DNA of 64,000 nt from Octopus sinensis (taxonomy: Eukaryota): assembly GCF_006345805.1 (NCBI RefSeq), contig NC_043015.1:49290001-49354000 (forward strand), written 5' to 3'. Positions 1 to 9,789 of the stretch are shown here, in pieces. A program made the translations under genes and the position numbers. The notes under the pieces are model-generated. The model was not told the origin of the DNA and made no database searches. It was given only the letters and a program-made list of their open reading frames with translations. Position 1 is the stretch's first letter; each line of letters begins with the position of its first letter.

Positions 1-26
1 ATTATTATTACCATTATTATTATTAA

Positions 27-678
27 GGCAGCAAGGTGGCAGACATGTCGGGTGAAATGCTTAGCAGTATTTCGTGCATCCTTATGTTCTGAGTTCAAAT
101 TCTGCCGAGGTCGACTTTGCCTTTCATCCTTTTGGGGTCGATGAAATAAGTACCAGTGAAACACTGGGGTCGATCTAATCGACTAGCTCTCTCCCACCAA
201 ATATCAGGCCTTGAGCCTATGGTGGAAAGGGCCACCACCACCACCACCACCACCACCACCATCATCCTTATTAAGGCAGCAAGGTGGCAGAATTGTTAAC
301 ATACCAGACAAAATGTTTGGCAGCATCTTGTCTGTCTTAATGTTCTGGGTTCAAATTCTGCTGAGATCAGCTTTACCTGTCATACTTCTGGGTTTGATGA
401 AATAATTACCTGTCATATACTGGGGTTGTGGTAACCGACTAGTCCCTCTCTCCAAAATATAGTGGAAAGCATTATTATCATCATTATTAAGGCAATGGAT
501 TGACAGAATTGTTAGCACAGAGGTTAAAAAGCTTAGCAGATTTTACTCGTCTTTATGTTCTGAGTTCAAATTCTGCCAAGGTCGACAAGGTCTTTCAACC
601 TTTTGGGGTTGATCAAATAAGTACCAGTTGAATACTGGGGTTGATGCTATGATAAGCCTTGTACCTATCATAGAACGA
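27..678 (+). mobile_element. Three adjacent diverged SINE-A copies (tRNA-like head plus GTCGACTTTGCCTTTCATCCTTTCGGGGTCGAT core)
   Basis: Repeated head GGCAGCAAGGTGGCAG...GAGTTCAAATTC and a core shared with about 25 copies in the window. The core resembles conserved SINE-superfamily central domains; the name needs an alignment. Confidence 0.85.
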
Positions 679-874
679 ATTATCATTATTACCTCTGTCT
701 TAGCGAAGGCAGAGGTGTTGTTTTCGGTCGTGTTAGTTTGTCTGTGGACAAGGTATCTCAAGAACCACTGGATGGATTCGGATGAAACTTCCAGGGATGT
801 TTGGCCTTGTGACTAGCATGAACTGAAGCAGACATTTTACCACACATCTACACCTGTGCCTCCGCTGTACTCAC

Positions 875-945
875 CTCTAGCGAACCAATACTATCCATTT
901 GGTTATAGGCTTGCATCACACTGTAGAGAACAACTGACACACCAT
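875..945 (-). CDS. SLC9A: Na+/H+ exchanger (SLC9A/NHE family) coding exon 9 of those found: (D)GVSVVLYSVMQAYNQMDSIGSLE
   Basis: Acceptor tcttgcag at 946-947, donor GTGAGT at 874; 71 nt, phase 1 to 0. Completes the FGESLLND-GVSVVLY motif with the exon at 4589-4664. Confidence 0.93.
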
Positions 946-1054
946 CTGCAAGACATAATTGTGGAGATATATGGTACATGGAAGAGACAAGTTGGTGTCT
1001 TGAGCTGTTACTAGAAGGACTTCAGGATTTCAGTCATGCCCTTATCTAAACCTG

Positions 1055-1283
1055 TTTCTTTATTGCCCACAAGGGGCTAAACATAGAGGGGACAAACAAG
1101 GACAGACAAACGGATTAAGTCAATTACATCGACTCCAGTGCATAACTGGTACTTAATTTATCGACCCCGAAAGGATGAAAGGCAAAGTCGACCTCGGCGG
1201 AATTTGAACTCAGAACGTAACGGCAGATGAAATACCGCTAAGCATTTCGCCCGGCGGGCTAACGTTTCTGCCAGCTCGCCGCC
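1055..1283 (-). mobile_element. SINE-A, full length, low divergence
   Basis: Reverse complement of GGCGGCGAGCTGGCAGAAACGTTAGC...GGGCAATAAAGAAA. Confidence 0.9.
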
Positions 1284-1693
1284 TTATTGTCTAAACCTGT
1301 TGTAACAAATATTTTAACAGTTACTAAGATATCTAATGTAGCAAACCCTAACAAGTCTTAATTACTTAACAACCTAACCCTGTCATGCCATATTCCTGCT
1401 ACAGCAGAAATAACCTAAATATAATCTCTACCAGATTCCCATTAAAGCAGTAATGAACATAGAAAAATAAATTAAAATACTAAAATTATACGACTGTTCA
1501 CATTGCAGCTTTGTAGTCAAGTGTGTTTATAACTCATTTGTTAATGGTGTCCTCCACAGCTGGTGTTTACTTTTGTTTTTAATAAAATAAAGACAATGAT
1601 TTTGCAATGAAATGAGTGTGTGATGAACTCTGTACTTTGTCTCGTAAATGAGAAAGAACTAGGCTCTTGTCGTTGAGAAAATTACTGAAGATG

Positions 1694-1838
1694 TTTATTC
1701 TTTGGACAAGAAGTGAGCAAGAATTTCAATCAGTTTATCTTTACACAGACGGTGAGAGTGCCATTTATTCTTTGGACAAGACGTGAGCAAGAGTTTCAAT
1801 CAGTTTACCCTTACACAGATGGTGAGAGTGCTATTTAT
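1694..1838. repeat. 70-bp tandem duplication (2 copies)
   Basis: tttattctttggacaag...ggtgagagtg starts at 1694 and 1764. Confidence 0.85.
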
Positions 1839-1934
1839 GCATCAAATGAGGTTCATCATGCTGAGTTGACTGGTATACTAAGGCAGAATACTAGCAGAAG
1901 TTGAGAAGCAAATCCTACTATTGTTATTCTCTCT

Positions 1935-2790
1935 CTTTACTCTTTTACTTGTTTCAGTCATGTGACCGTGGCCATGCTGGAGCACCGCCTTTAGTCGAGC
2001 AAATTGACCCCAGGACTTATTCTTTGTAAGTCCAGTACTTATTCTATCGGTCTCTTTTGCCGAACCGCTAAGTTACGGGGACGTAAACACACCAGTATCG
2101 GTTGTCAAGCGATGCTGGAGGGACAAACACAGACACACAGACATATACACACATATACATATATATACACATATATGACAGTTCTTTCAGTTTCCATCTA
2201 CCAAATCCACTCACAAGGCTTTGGTTGGCCCAAGGCTATAGTAGAAGACACTTGCCCAAGGTGCCATGCAGTGGGACTGAACCCGAAACCATGTGGTTGG
2301 TAAGCAAGCTACTTACCACACAGCCACTCCTATGCCTTTCTTGAATTTTTTTCATGATTCTGTTCATTAGTTTACTTGCAATCATTACTCTTGAGATGTG
2401 TGTGTAACTATCTTTCATCTTTTACTTGTTTCAGTCATTAGACTGTGGCCATGCTGGGGCACCACCTTGAAGAATCCTTAATCAAATGGATAGACCCCAG
2501 GGCTTAGTTTTTAAGCCCAGTACTTATTCTATTTGTCTCTTTAGCTGAACTGCTAAGTTACGGGGATGTAAACACACCAACACCGGTTGTTAAGTGGTGG
2601 TGGGGGACAAACACAGACACACACACACACACACATGACAGGCTTCTTTCAGTTTCCATCTACCAAATCCACTCACAAGGCTTTGGTTGGCCCAAGTCTA
2701 TAGTAGAAGATGCTTGCCCAAGGTACCACGCAGTGGGACTGAACCTGGAACCATGTACTTAGAAGCAAGCTCCTTACCATACAGCCATGC
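1935..2790 (-). mobile_element. Two SINE-B copies (1935-2335, 2417-2790)
   Basis: Head GGAGTGGCTGTGTGGTAAGTAGCTTGCTTACC...GGTTCAGTCCC, internal (TA)/(TG) tract, tail GACTGAAACAAGTAAAAGAG. Confidence 0.9.
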
Positions 2791-3321
2791 CTACACCTAT
2801 ATATTTGTTATTATATATTATGTAATTTACTATATATTTTTTTGCTCAGGAGCCCAGGTGGAGGGTAAAATTAGACACAGGGGTCCTGGTCTGAGAGGGT
2901 TAAAATTATTCCCACAGTGAAGAGGAGAAAGAAAAAATCATTTAGTCAAGGATTAATTCCGGCTTAGATAGGCAAGGGAGATAACTATGACAGTAAAACT
3001 GATTAAAAATTGGATGTGGACATATGCAGAGTCAGGAGTGAATCTGATCTTCGGTAGGTGTCATGACAACAGCAGACATATTTCAATTTTATTAGACTTC
3101 TTCAACAAAACTATGTTGCCAATATTTGCCAAACTTTAGAATGATCTAAGACATAGGAAGATTTTGAATAAATAAACACATCAGTTGTAATATATTGATA
3201 CAGTTATACCCTGTGCATATATCATTTGCTGAACTTAACTCCCCAGTGTAGTGATAATGGCAAAACCTGATTTGAATGGTGAAGAAATTCATTAGCATTA
3301 CCAATATCTTCAAGACTTTAA

Positions 3322-3952
3322 GGCAGCGAGCTGGCAGAAACGTTAGCACGCCGGGCGAAATGCTAAGCGGTATTTCATCTGCCGCTACGTTCTGAGTTCA
3401 AATTCCGCTGAGGTTGACTTTGCCTTTCATCCTTTTGGGATCGATAAATTAAGTACCAGTTACACACTGGGGTCGATATAATCGACTTAATCCGTTTGTC
3501 TATCCTTGTTTGTCCTCCCTGTGTTTAGCTCCTTGTGGGTAGTAAAGAAATAGGTATTTCGTCTGCCGCTACATTCTGAGTTCAAATTCCACCGAGGTCG
3601 ACTTTGCCTTTCATCCTTTCGGGGTCAATAAATTAAGTACCAGTTGCATACTGGGGTCGATCTAATCGACTGGCCCCCTCCCCCAAAACTTCAGGCCTTG
3701 TATCTAGAGTAGAAAAGAATATATATTTCCAAAAGGCGGCGAGCTGGCAGAAATGTTAGCATGCTGGGCAAAATGCTTAGCAGTATTTTGTCTGTCTGTC
3801 TTAACGCTCTGAGTTCAAATTCTGCCGAGGTCGACTTTGCCTTTCATCCTTTTGGGGTCAATAAGTTAAGTACCAGTTGCATTCTAGGGTCGATCTAATT
3901 CATAAGCCCCCTCCCCAAAAATTTTAGGCCTTGTGCCTAGAGTAGAAAAGAA
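3322..3952 (+). mobile_element. SINE-A head-to-tail multimer (three units)
   Basis: The second unit begins at GGTATTTCGTCTG directly after the tail GTAAAGAAATA (about 3552). Confidence 0.88.
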
Positions 3953-3984
3953 TATTTTCAAGACTTTAAAATGAATGATTGATA

Positions 3985-4340
3985 TCTTTATCTTTTACTT
4001 GTTACAGCCATTGGACTGCGGCCATGCTGGAGCACCATCATGAAGGGTTTAGTCAAACAAGTGAACCCAACCTCCAGTTCTTATTTTTATACCGGATACT
4101 TATTCTATCAGTTGCTGTTGCTGAACTGCTAAGTTATGGGCGATGCAAACCGACATCAGCTGTCAGGCGGTGGATGTGAGACAAACACGAAGACACACAC
4201 ATGCACACACACATATACATATGCATGTGTGTGTGTGCGTGTATATGTTAGGCTTCTGCACAGTTTCCATTCACCAAATTCATTCATAAGGCATTGGTCA
4301 GCTAAGGGCTACAGTAAAAGACACTTGTCCAAGGTGTTGT
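3985..4340 (-). mobile_element. Diverged SINE-B
   Basis: Matches SINE-B tail and middle with many substitutions. Confidence 0.75.
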
Positions 4341-4588
4341 GAAACACAGGAGGGGAACATTGAATAATGTAGTCCTAGATATATTATGCCTGAAAATAAG
4401 GTGGGATAGCTATGGCTGGAATGTCATTGATCAAAGATCAGTTCCACTAGTTCAGAACTGATGTGAAAAAATAGCAAAGTACATAATTTTGTATGTTTAT
4501 TTAATTAATTAATAACTACAATTAATTTAGAAATAATTAAAATAAATGCCACTGCTGTTGAAGAATTTATCAAAATAAGAATACTTAC

Positions 4589-4664
4589 CGTTTAGAAGTG
4601 ATTCTCCAAATACCAAAATGTATAGATTACTGTTCACTCCAACCTCGCTAAAGATAGCAAGCAC
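4589..4664 (-). CDS. SLC9A: NHE coding exon 8: VLAIFSEVGVNSNLYILVFGESLLN(D)
   Basis: Acceptor ccctttctcccttaag preceded by a (CT)n tract, donor GTAAGT at 4588; 76 nt, phase 0 to 1. Contains the hallmark NHE motif LVFGESLLND. Confidence 0.96.
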
Positions 4665-4679
4665 CTTAAGGGAGAAAGG

Positions 4680-4731
<52 letters not shown>

Positions 4732-4828
4732 TTAATTAAAAAATTTCAAGTCAGATAGAAGTAGTACTGGTTGTATTTTAAATTTCAATTAGATGAAGAA
4801 TAGAATTTTCTGGATTATAGGAATAATG

Positions 4829-5118
4829 CAGTTCTATATTTAAGAGATGAGGAATTATGTACATTATTTACATTATTTACATTCAATGGATATTTGTTGT
4901 TAACACAATGTTTCGGCTGATATACCCTCCAGCCTTCTTCAGGTGTCTTGGGGAAATTTCGAACCTGGGTTCTCATTCCTAAGGTATTTTTCGATGTTGT
5001 TATTATCATTATTATTGTTGTTGTTGTTATTGTTCAGGTCATTGCTTGGAATTGAACTCAGAATCTCGGGGTTAGTAGCCTGCGCGCTTAACCACTACAC
5101 CATATGCCTGTGGGCATA
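4829..5118 (-). mobile_element. HH-SINE copy 1: tRNA-like head, (AAT/AAC)n, body, hammerhead motif, TAAATAATG tail
   Basis: Minus strand GGTGTAGTGGTTAAGCGCGCAGGCTACTAACCCCGAGATTCTGAGTTCAATTCC (A/B boxes). Shares its body with 18409-18956 and 24646-24980. Confidence 0.85.
4902..4947 (-). ncRNA. Minimal type I hammerhead ribozyme motif (copy 1; G16.2 to A)
   Basis: GACAC-CUGAAGA-A-GGCUG-GAGGGUAUAU-CAGCC-GAAAC-AUU-GUGUU. Stem I GACAC/GUGUU, stem II GGCUG/CAGCC, core CUGANGA and GAAA. Confidence 0.7.
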
Positions 5119-5189
5119 AGGATTTGTATATGAATTTGACAAGGATTTATGTTTTAAAAGATTCAAAAATAAATTTCAATTAAAAACAA

Positions 5190-6003
5190 GCATGGTAGTG
5201 GGTTAAGAAGCTTGCTTCCCAACAATATGGTGCGACCCATATTGGAGTATGGGATTCAAGCCTCTTCTCCTTATCTCCTCAAAGACATACAGCATCTCGA
5301 AAGAGTCCAGAAGCTGGCTACCCGCATGGTTCATGGTCTCAAAAATTTGTCCTACGAAGAAAGGCTGAGGACGCTCGACCTTTATTCTCTTGAAAAACGC
5401 CGCCGCCGTGGTGATCTCATTCTCACCCACAACATCATAAGCGGAAAGTGTAACCTCTCGAAAGAGCTGTTCTTCACTCCTGCTCCAGAGCGTCGGCTGC
5501 GGGGTCATTCTGAAAAGCTCTACCTGCGACGATTTCATCTCAATCGAAGGAAAGGAGCTTTCTCCGTCCGGGTTGCGGATCCGTGGAACAAGCTGCCAGA
5601 CGAGATGGTGAAGATGCCGACGACCGCTTTGTTCAAAGCCTCCCTGGACCGCAAGTGGCCTGAACTCTTTACATGAACACCACCCTGTACTTAACTCCAT
5701 GTCCCCCTACATGGCCTTGCTATTTGCTTTTGAGCCAAATTAACTAACTAACTAACTAACTAACATGGTTCTAGGTTCAGTTCCACTGCATGGCACCTTG
5801 GGCAAGTGTCTTCTACTAAAGCCTCGGGCCGACCAAAGCCTTGTGGGTGGATTTGGTAGACGGAAACTGAGAGAAGCCCTTCATATATATATGTGTGTGT
5901 GTGTGTGTTTGTACCCCTACCATCACTTGACAACCGAAATTGGTGTGTTTACGTCCCTGTAACGTAGCAGTTCAGCAAAAGAAACTGATAGAATAAGTAC
6001 TAA
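5190..6003 (+). mobile_element. SINE-B split by a LINE insertion at about 5224-5764
   Basis: The head stops at cttgcttcccaac (5223) and resumes with atggttctaggttcag at 5765. Confidence 0.85.
5224..5764 (+). mobile_element. 5'-truncated CR1/L2-group LINE (RT C-terminal region, 3' UTR, (TAAC)n tail)
   Basis: ORF 5212..5676 VRPILEY..SPYLLKDIQHLERVQKLATRM..LSYEERL..L.LYSLEKRRRRGDLI, the typical C-terminus of CR1/L2-type ORF2. Tail taactaactaac at 5741-5764. Confidence 0.88.
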
Positions 6004-6009
6004 GGAGGA

Positions 6010-6245
6010 CACATGTTTAAAATGAAACAGCCATCATGTTTAAAAGGGGTATAAGTATTTAATAAGAGAAAACCACCATGAGTTTAGACGGGATCATGTG
6101 CTTAAAATATATGTTTAGAAGGGTGCATATGTGTTTAATAAGAGAAAACCATGTGTTTAGGTGAAAACATGTTTAAAACGAGACAGCCAACATACATTTA
6201 GAAGGGTTCATATGTATTTAATACAAGAAAATCATCATGTGTTTA
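6010..6245. repeat. Degenerate minisatellite (catgtttaaa/tttaataagagaaaacc units)
   Basis: Recurring imperfect motifs; the period is irregular. Confidence 0.55.
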
Positions 6246-6249
6246 GATA

Positions 6250-6563
6250 AGCCCAGTACTTATTCTATCGGTCTCTTTTGCCGAACCGCTAAGTGACGGG
6301 GACGTAAACACACCAGCATCAGTTGTCAAGCAATGCTAGGGGGACAAACACAGACACACAAACATATACACACACACACACATATATATATATACATATA
6401 TACGACAGGCTTCTTTCAGTTTCCGTCTACCAAATCCACTCACAAGGCATTGGTCGGCCCGGGGCTATAGCAGAAGACACTTGCCCAAAGTGCCACACAG
6501 TGGGATTGAACCCGGAACCATGTGGTTGGTAAGCAAGCTACTTACCACACAGTCACTCCTGCG
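6250..6563 (-). mobile_element. SINE-B lacking its distal tail
   Basis: Close match to the SINE-B consensus. Confidence 0.88.
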
Positions 6564-6660
6564 CCTGGATAACAATCTACCAGAATCACTCTCAGCTTTA
6601 TGATAATTAGCGTTCTTTTTCTCAAAGAGTATAAGTGGTAGGAATAGAGACAAAACTTAC

Positions 6661-6773
6661 TGCCACAGGATCTACTGCCACAATTATGGAACCAAACACA
6701 AGGAATTCAGTCAACTGCAAGGAATCTACTCCTGTGATTTCTGGCGCAAGTGATAATCCCCAAAGTGAAAGAG
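6661..6773 (-). CDS. SLC9A: NHE coding exon 7: (S)LSLWGLSLAPEITGVDSLQLTEFLVFGSIIVAVDPVA
   Basis: Donor GTAAGT at 6660; acceptor ttttGAG at 6774-6776; 113 nt, phase 1 to 0. Contains the FGS..AVDPVA motif. Confidence 0.93.
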
Positions 6774-6846
6774 CTCAAAAGTAGAAAGTTATGAAAAACA
6801 AAACAAAAACAAAACGATTAGTTCATTTCATCTCAAATTACTTTGC

Positions 6847-7285
6847 GTAGTTAATGTCAAAAACTGATAATTCATATTTTAGGGTAGTTAATGTCAAAGA
6901 CTGATGTATCATATATTAGGGTAGTTAATGTCAAAGACTGATATATCATATTTTAGGGCAGTTAATGTCAAAGACTGATATATCATATTTTAGGATAGTT
7001 AATCTCAAAGACTGATATATCATATTTTAGGGTAGTTAATGTCAAAGACTGATATATCATATTTTAGGGTAGTTAATGTCAAAGACTGATATATCATATT
7101 TTAGGGCAGTTAATGTCAAAGACTGATATATCATATTTTAGGATAGTTAATCTCAAAGACTGATATATCATATTTTAGGGTAGTTAATGTCAAAGACTGA
7201 TATATCATATTTTAGGGTAGTTAATGTCAAAGACTGATATATCCTATTTTAGGGTAGTTAATGACAAAGACATATATCATGATTT
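6847..7285. repeat. 37-bp minisatellite, 12 units, with a duplicated 4-unit (148-bp) block
   Basis: Unit gtagttaatgtcaaagactgatatatcatattttagg starts at 6847, 6884, 6921 ... 7254. Variants gca (6958, 7106) and ata/ctc (6995, 7143) recur 148 bp apart. Confidence 0.93.
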
Positions 7286-7609
7286 AAGAGTTTAAAGTAG
7301 TAGTTCTCTACCCTTTAATATCCAGGACAGATCCAAAATCTGGATTTTTTTAAGGGAGCCACACCAAAAAAGCAAGGCACAGGTCAATTAAGGAAAGAAT
7401 TATTATATTTATAGAGGGAAAAACCATCTAAAGCTACTGGAAGAATGCTTGAGAGCCACACGTGGCCCTGTGATCTCCAGTTGGGAATTGCAGGTTTAAA
7501 GTTTTCAGTAACTTTTAATGTGTTTTTTTTTTGTTTTTTACATGCCATTAAATAATTCCACTTTATCCAGATATTATTTATCAAACGTTATAATTTACAA
7601 GTCGAAAAG

Positions 7610-7842
7610 ACAATCTATAAGAAGACAAACACACACACACACACCCACACACACTCACACACACACATATGTATATATATATGACGGGCTTCTTTCAGTT
7701 TCCGTCTACCAAATCCACTTACAAGGCTTTGGTCGGCCCGAGGCTATAGTAGTAGACACTTGCACAAGATGTCACGCAGTGGGACTGAACCCAGAACCAG
7801 TGGTTGGTAAGCAAGCTACTTACCACACAGCCACTCCTGCGC
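7610..7842 (-). mobile_element. SINE-B 5' half
   Basis: Head through the (CA)n tract. Confidence 0.85.
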
Positions 7843-7977
7843 CATTATTGTTCATATTTCTGTTGTTATTGTCTCAGTTTGAAAATTTTTTACAGATTAT
7901 TATTGTTTTGAATTACATATCAGGGCACCAAAATCTTTTTTAAATGTTTAATCGGACCTTGGTATCTGTATATATAT

Positions 7978-8290
7978 CATCATTATCGTCATCATCGTTT
8001 AATGTCCATTTTCTATGCTGGCATGGGTTGGATGGTTTGACTGAGGACTGGCAAACCAGAAGGCTGCACCAGGCTCCAATCTGATCAGGCAAAGTTTTCA
8101 AAGCTGGATGCCCTTCCTAACGCCAACCACACCGAGAGTGTAACGGGTGCTTTTTACATGCCACTGGCACAGGAGCCAGCCAGGTGGCCCTGGTATTGAT
8201 CACATTTGGATAGTGCTTTTTACGTGCCATTGGCATGGGAGCCAGTCAGGGGTCACTGGCACGAGCCACATTCGGATGATGCTTTTTACA
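7978..8290 (-). mobile_element. RTE-type LINE 3' UTR fragment with (ATG)n tail
   Basis: Shares GGCATCCAGC..CCAACCCATGCCAGCATRGAAAA..GACATTAAACGATGATG with the RT-bearing copy at 45000-45890. Confidence 0.8.
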
Positions 8291-8652
8291 CACATATACA
8301 TCTTTTATATTTTATCTTTTACTTGTCTCAGACTGTGGCAAAGCTGGGGCACCGCTTTAAAAAATTTCGGTCAAATGAATCTACATATTTTTTTTTAAAG
8401 CCTAGTACTTATTCTATAGGTCGCTTTTGCTGAACTGCTAAGTTACAGGGATGTAAACACACCAACACTGGTTGTCAAGTGGTGGCAGGGGACAAGCACA
8501 CATACACACGCACACATACACAATGGGCTTTTTTCAGTTTCCACCTACCAAATACACCCACCATGGCTTTGGTTGGCCTGGGGCTAAAGTAGAAGACACG
8601 TGCCACACAGTGGAACTGAACCTGGGACCATGTGGTTGGGAAGCAAGCTTCT

Positions 8653-9129
8653 TATTTCTTTATTGCCCACAGGGGAAGGGGGCTAAACATAGAGGGGACA
8701 AACAAGGACAGACAAACGGATTAAGTTGATTACATCGACCCCAGTACGTAACTGGTACTTAATTTATCGACCCCGAAAGGATGAAAAACAAAGTCGACCA
8801 TGGCGGAATTTGAACTCAGAACGCAGTGGTGGATGAAATACCACAAAGTATTTTGCCCGGCATGCTAGCTTCTCACTACACAGTCACACCTGCACCTATC
8901 CATCTATCTGGCAGAAACGTTAGCACACCGGGCGAAATGCATAGCTGTATTTCGTCTGTCGTTACGTTCCGAGTTCAAATTCCGCCAAGGTTGACTTTGC
9001 CTTTCTTCCTCTCAGGGTCGATAAATAAAGTACCAGTTTTGCACTGGGATCGATATAATTGACTTAATCCATTTGTCTGTCCTTGTTTGTCCTCTCTGTG
9101 TTTAGCCCCTTGTGGGTAGTAAAGAAATA
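8653..9129. mobile_element. Divergent inverted pair of SINE-A (8653-8870 minus; 8908-9129 plus), the first nested in a SINE-B head (8307-8895)
   Basis: Both match the SINE-A consensus; gc(a/t)agcttct flanks the minus copy on both sides. Confidence 0.83.
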
Positions 9130-9510
9130 TATCTATCTATCTATCTATCTATCTATCTAAACACACATACAAGGAATGCTTCGATACAGTTGCCATCAAT
9201 CGAATTTTGATTACAAGACATTAGTTAACTCGGATCTACAGTAGAAAAACCTTAACATAAAGTATAAAGTAACACACGAGGGGATTGAACACAAAACCTC
9301 ATGGTAGCGAAACAAACATCTTAAACACTTGGCTATGGCTGTGACTATTTTGAGATGTTTTAAAACTTAGAATTTCCTAAGAGAAAAATTTACTGCAACT
9401 AGATTTGTTTGCGTAAAGGTTTTAAAATTTAAAATCAATTGCGAAAATAAATGAAATTAATAGCAAATATAAAGAGTTAATCATAAATAAAAAATAAATA
9501 AAATACTTAC

Positions 9511-9538
9511 AGATAATTATACAATTGATAAAAGTACC
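9511..9538 (-). CDS. SLC9A: NHE coding micro-exon 6 (28 nt): GTFINCIII(S)
   Basis: Acceptor ttattttcag-type (tatttcag) at 9539-9540, donor GTAAGT at 9510; phase 0 to 1 bridges exons 5 and 7. Corresponds to the NHE GT(L/F)xN segment after YAV. Confidence 0.85.
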
Positions 9539-9789
9539 CTGAAATAATTAAAAGTGATAGATTTTAAAAAACAGTATACAATATTGATAAATATCAAATA
9601 AAAAGATTGCTACTTCAAATGTAACAAGATCAACAACATACACGTGTGTGTGTGTGTGTGTGTGTGGCCATAACTAATTAAATTCTTTGAGTTATTCATT
9701 TCTCTAGGGCAGCTTTTATTTTGTAACTGAGCTTCAGTAACCGTTTGGGGTACCATTGGCTGCATCTAATGGTACCACAAAAACCATAT

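Noticed and set aside
1055-1283. SINE heads as functional tRNA genes
   Set aside because: They have A/B boxes but no complete cloverleaf or acceptor stem, and they run straight into repeat bodies present in many diverged copies.
6847-7285. 37-bp repeats as a CRISPR array
   Set aside because: The units are contiguous with no unique spacers, no cas genes are present, and the context is a eukaryotic intron.
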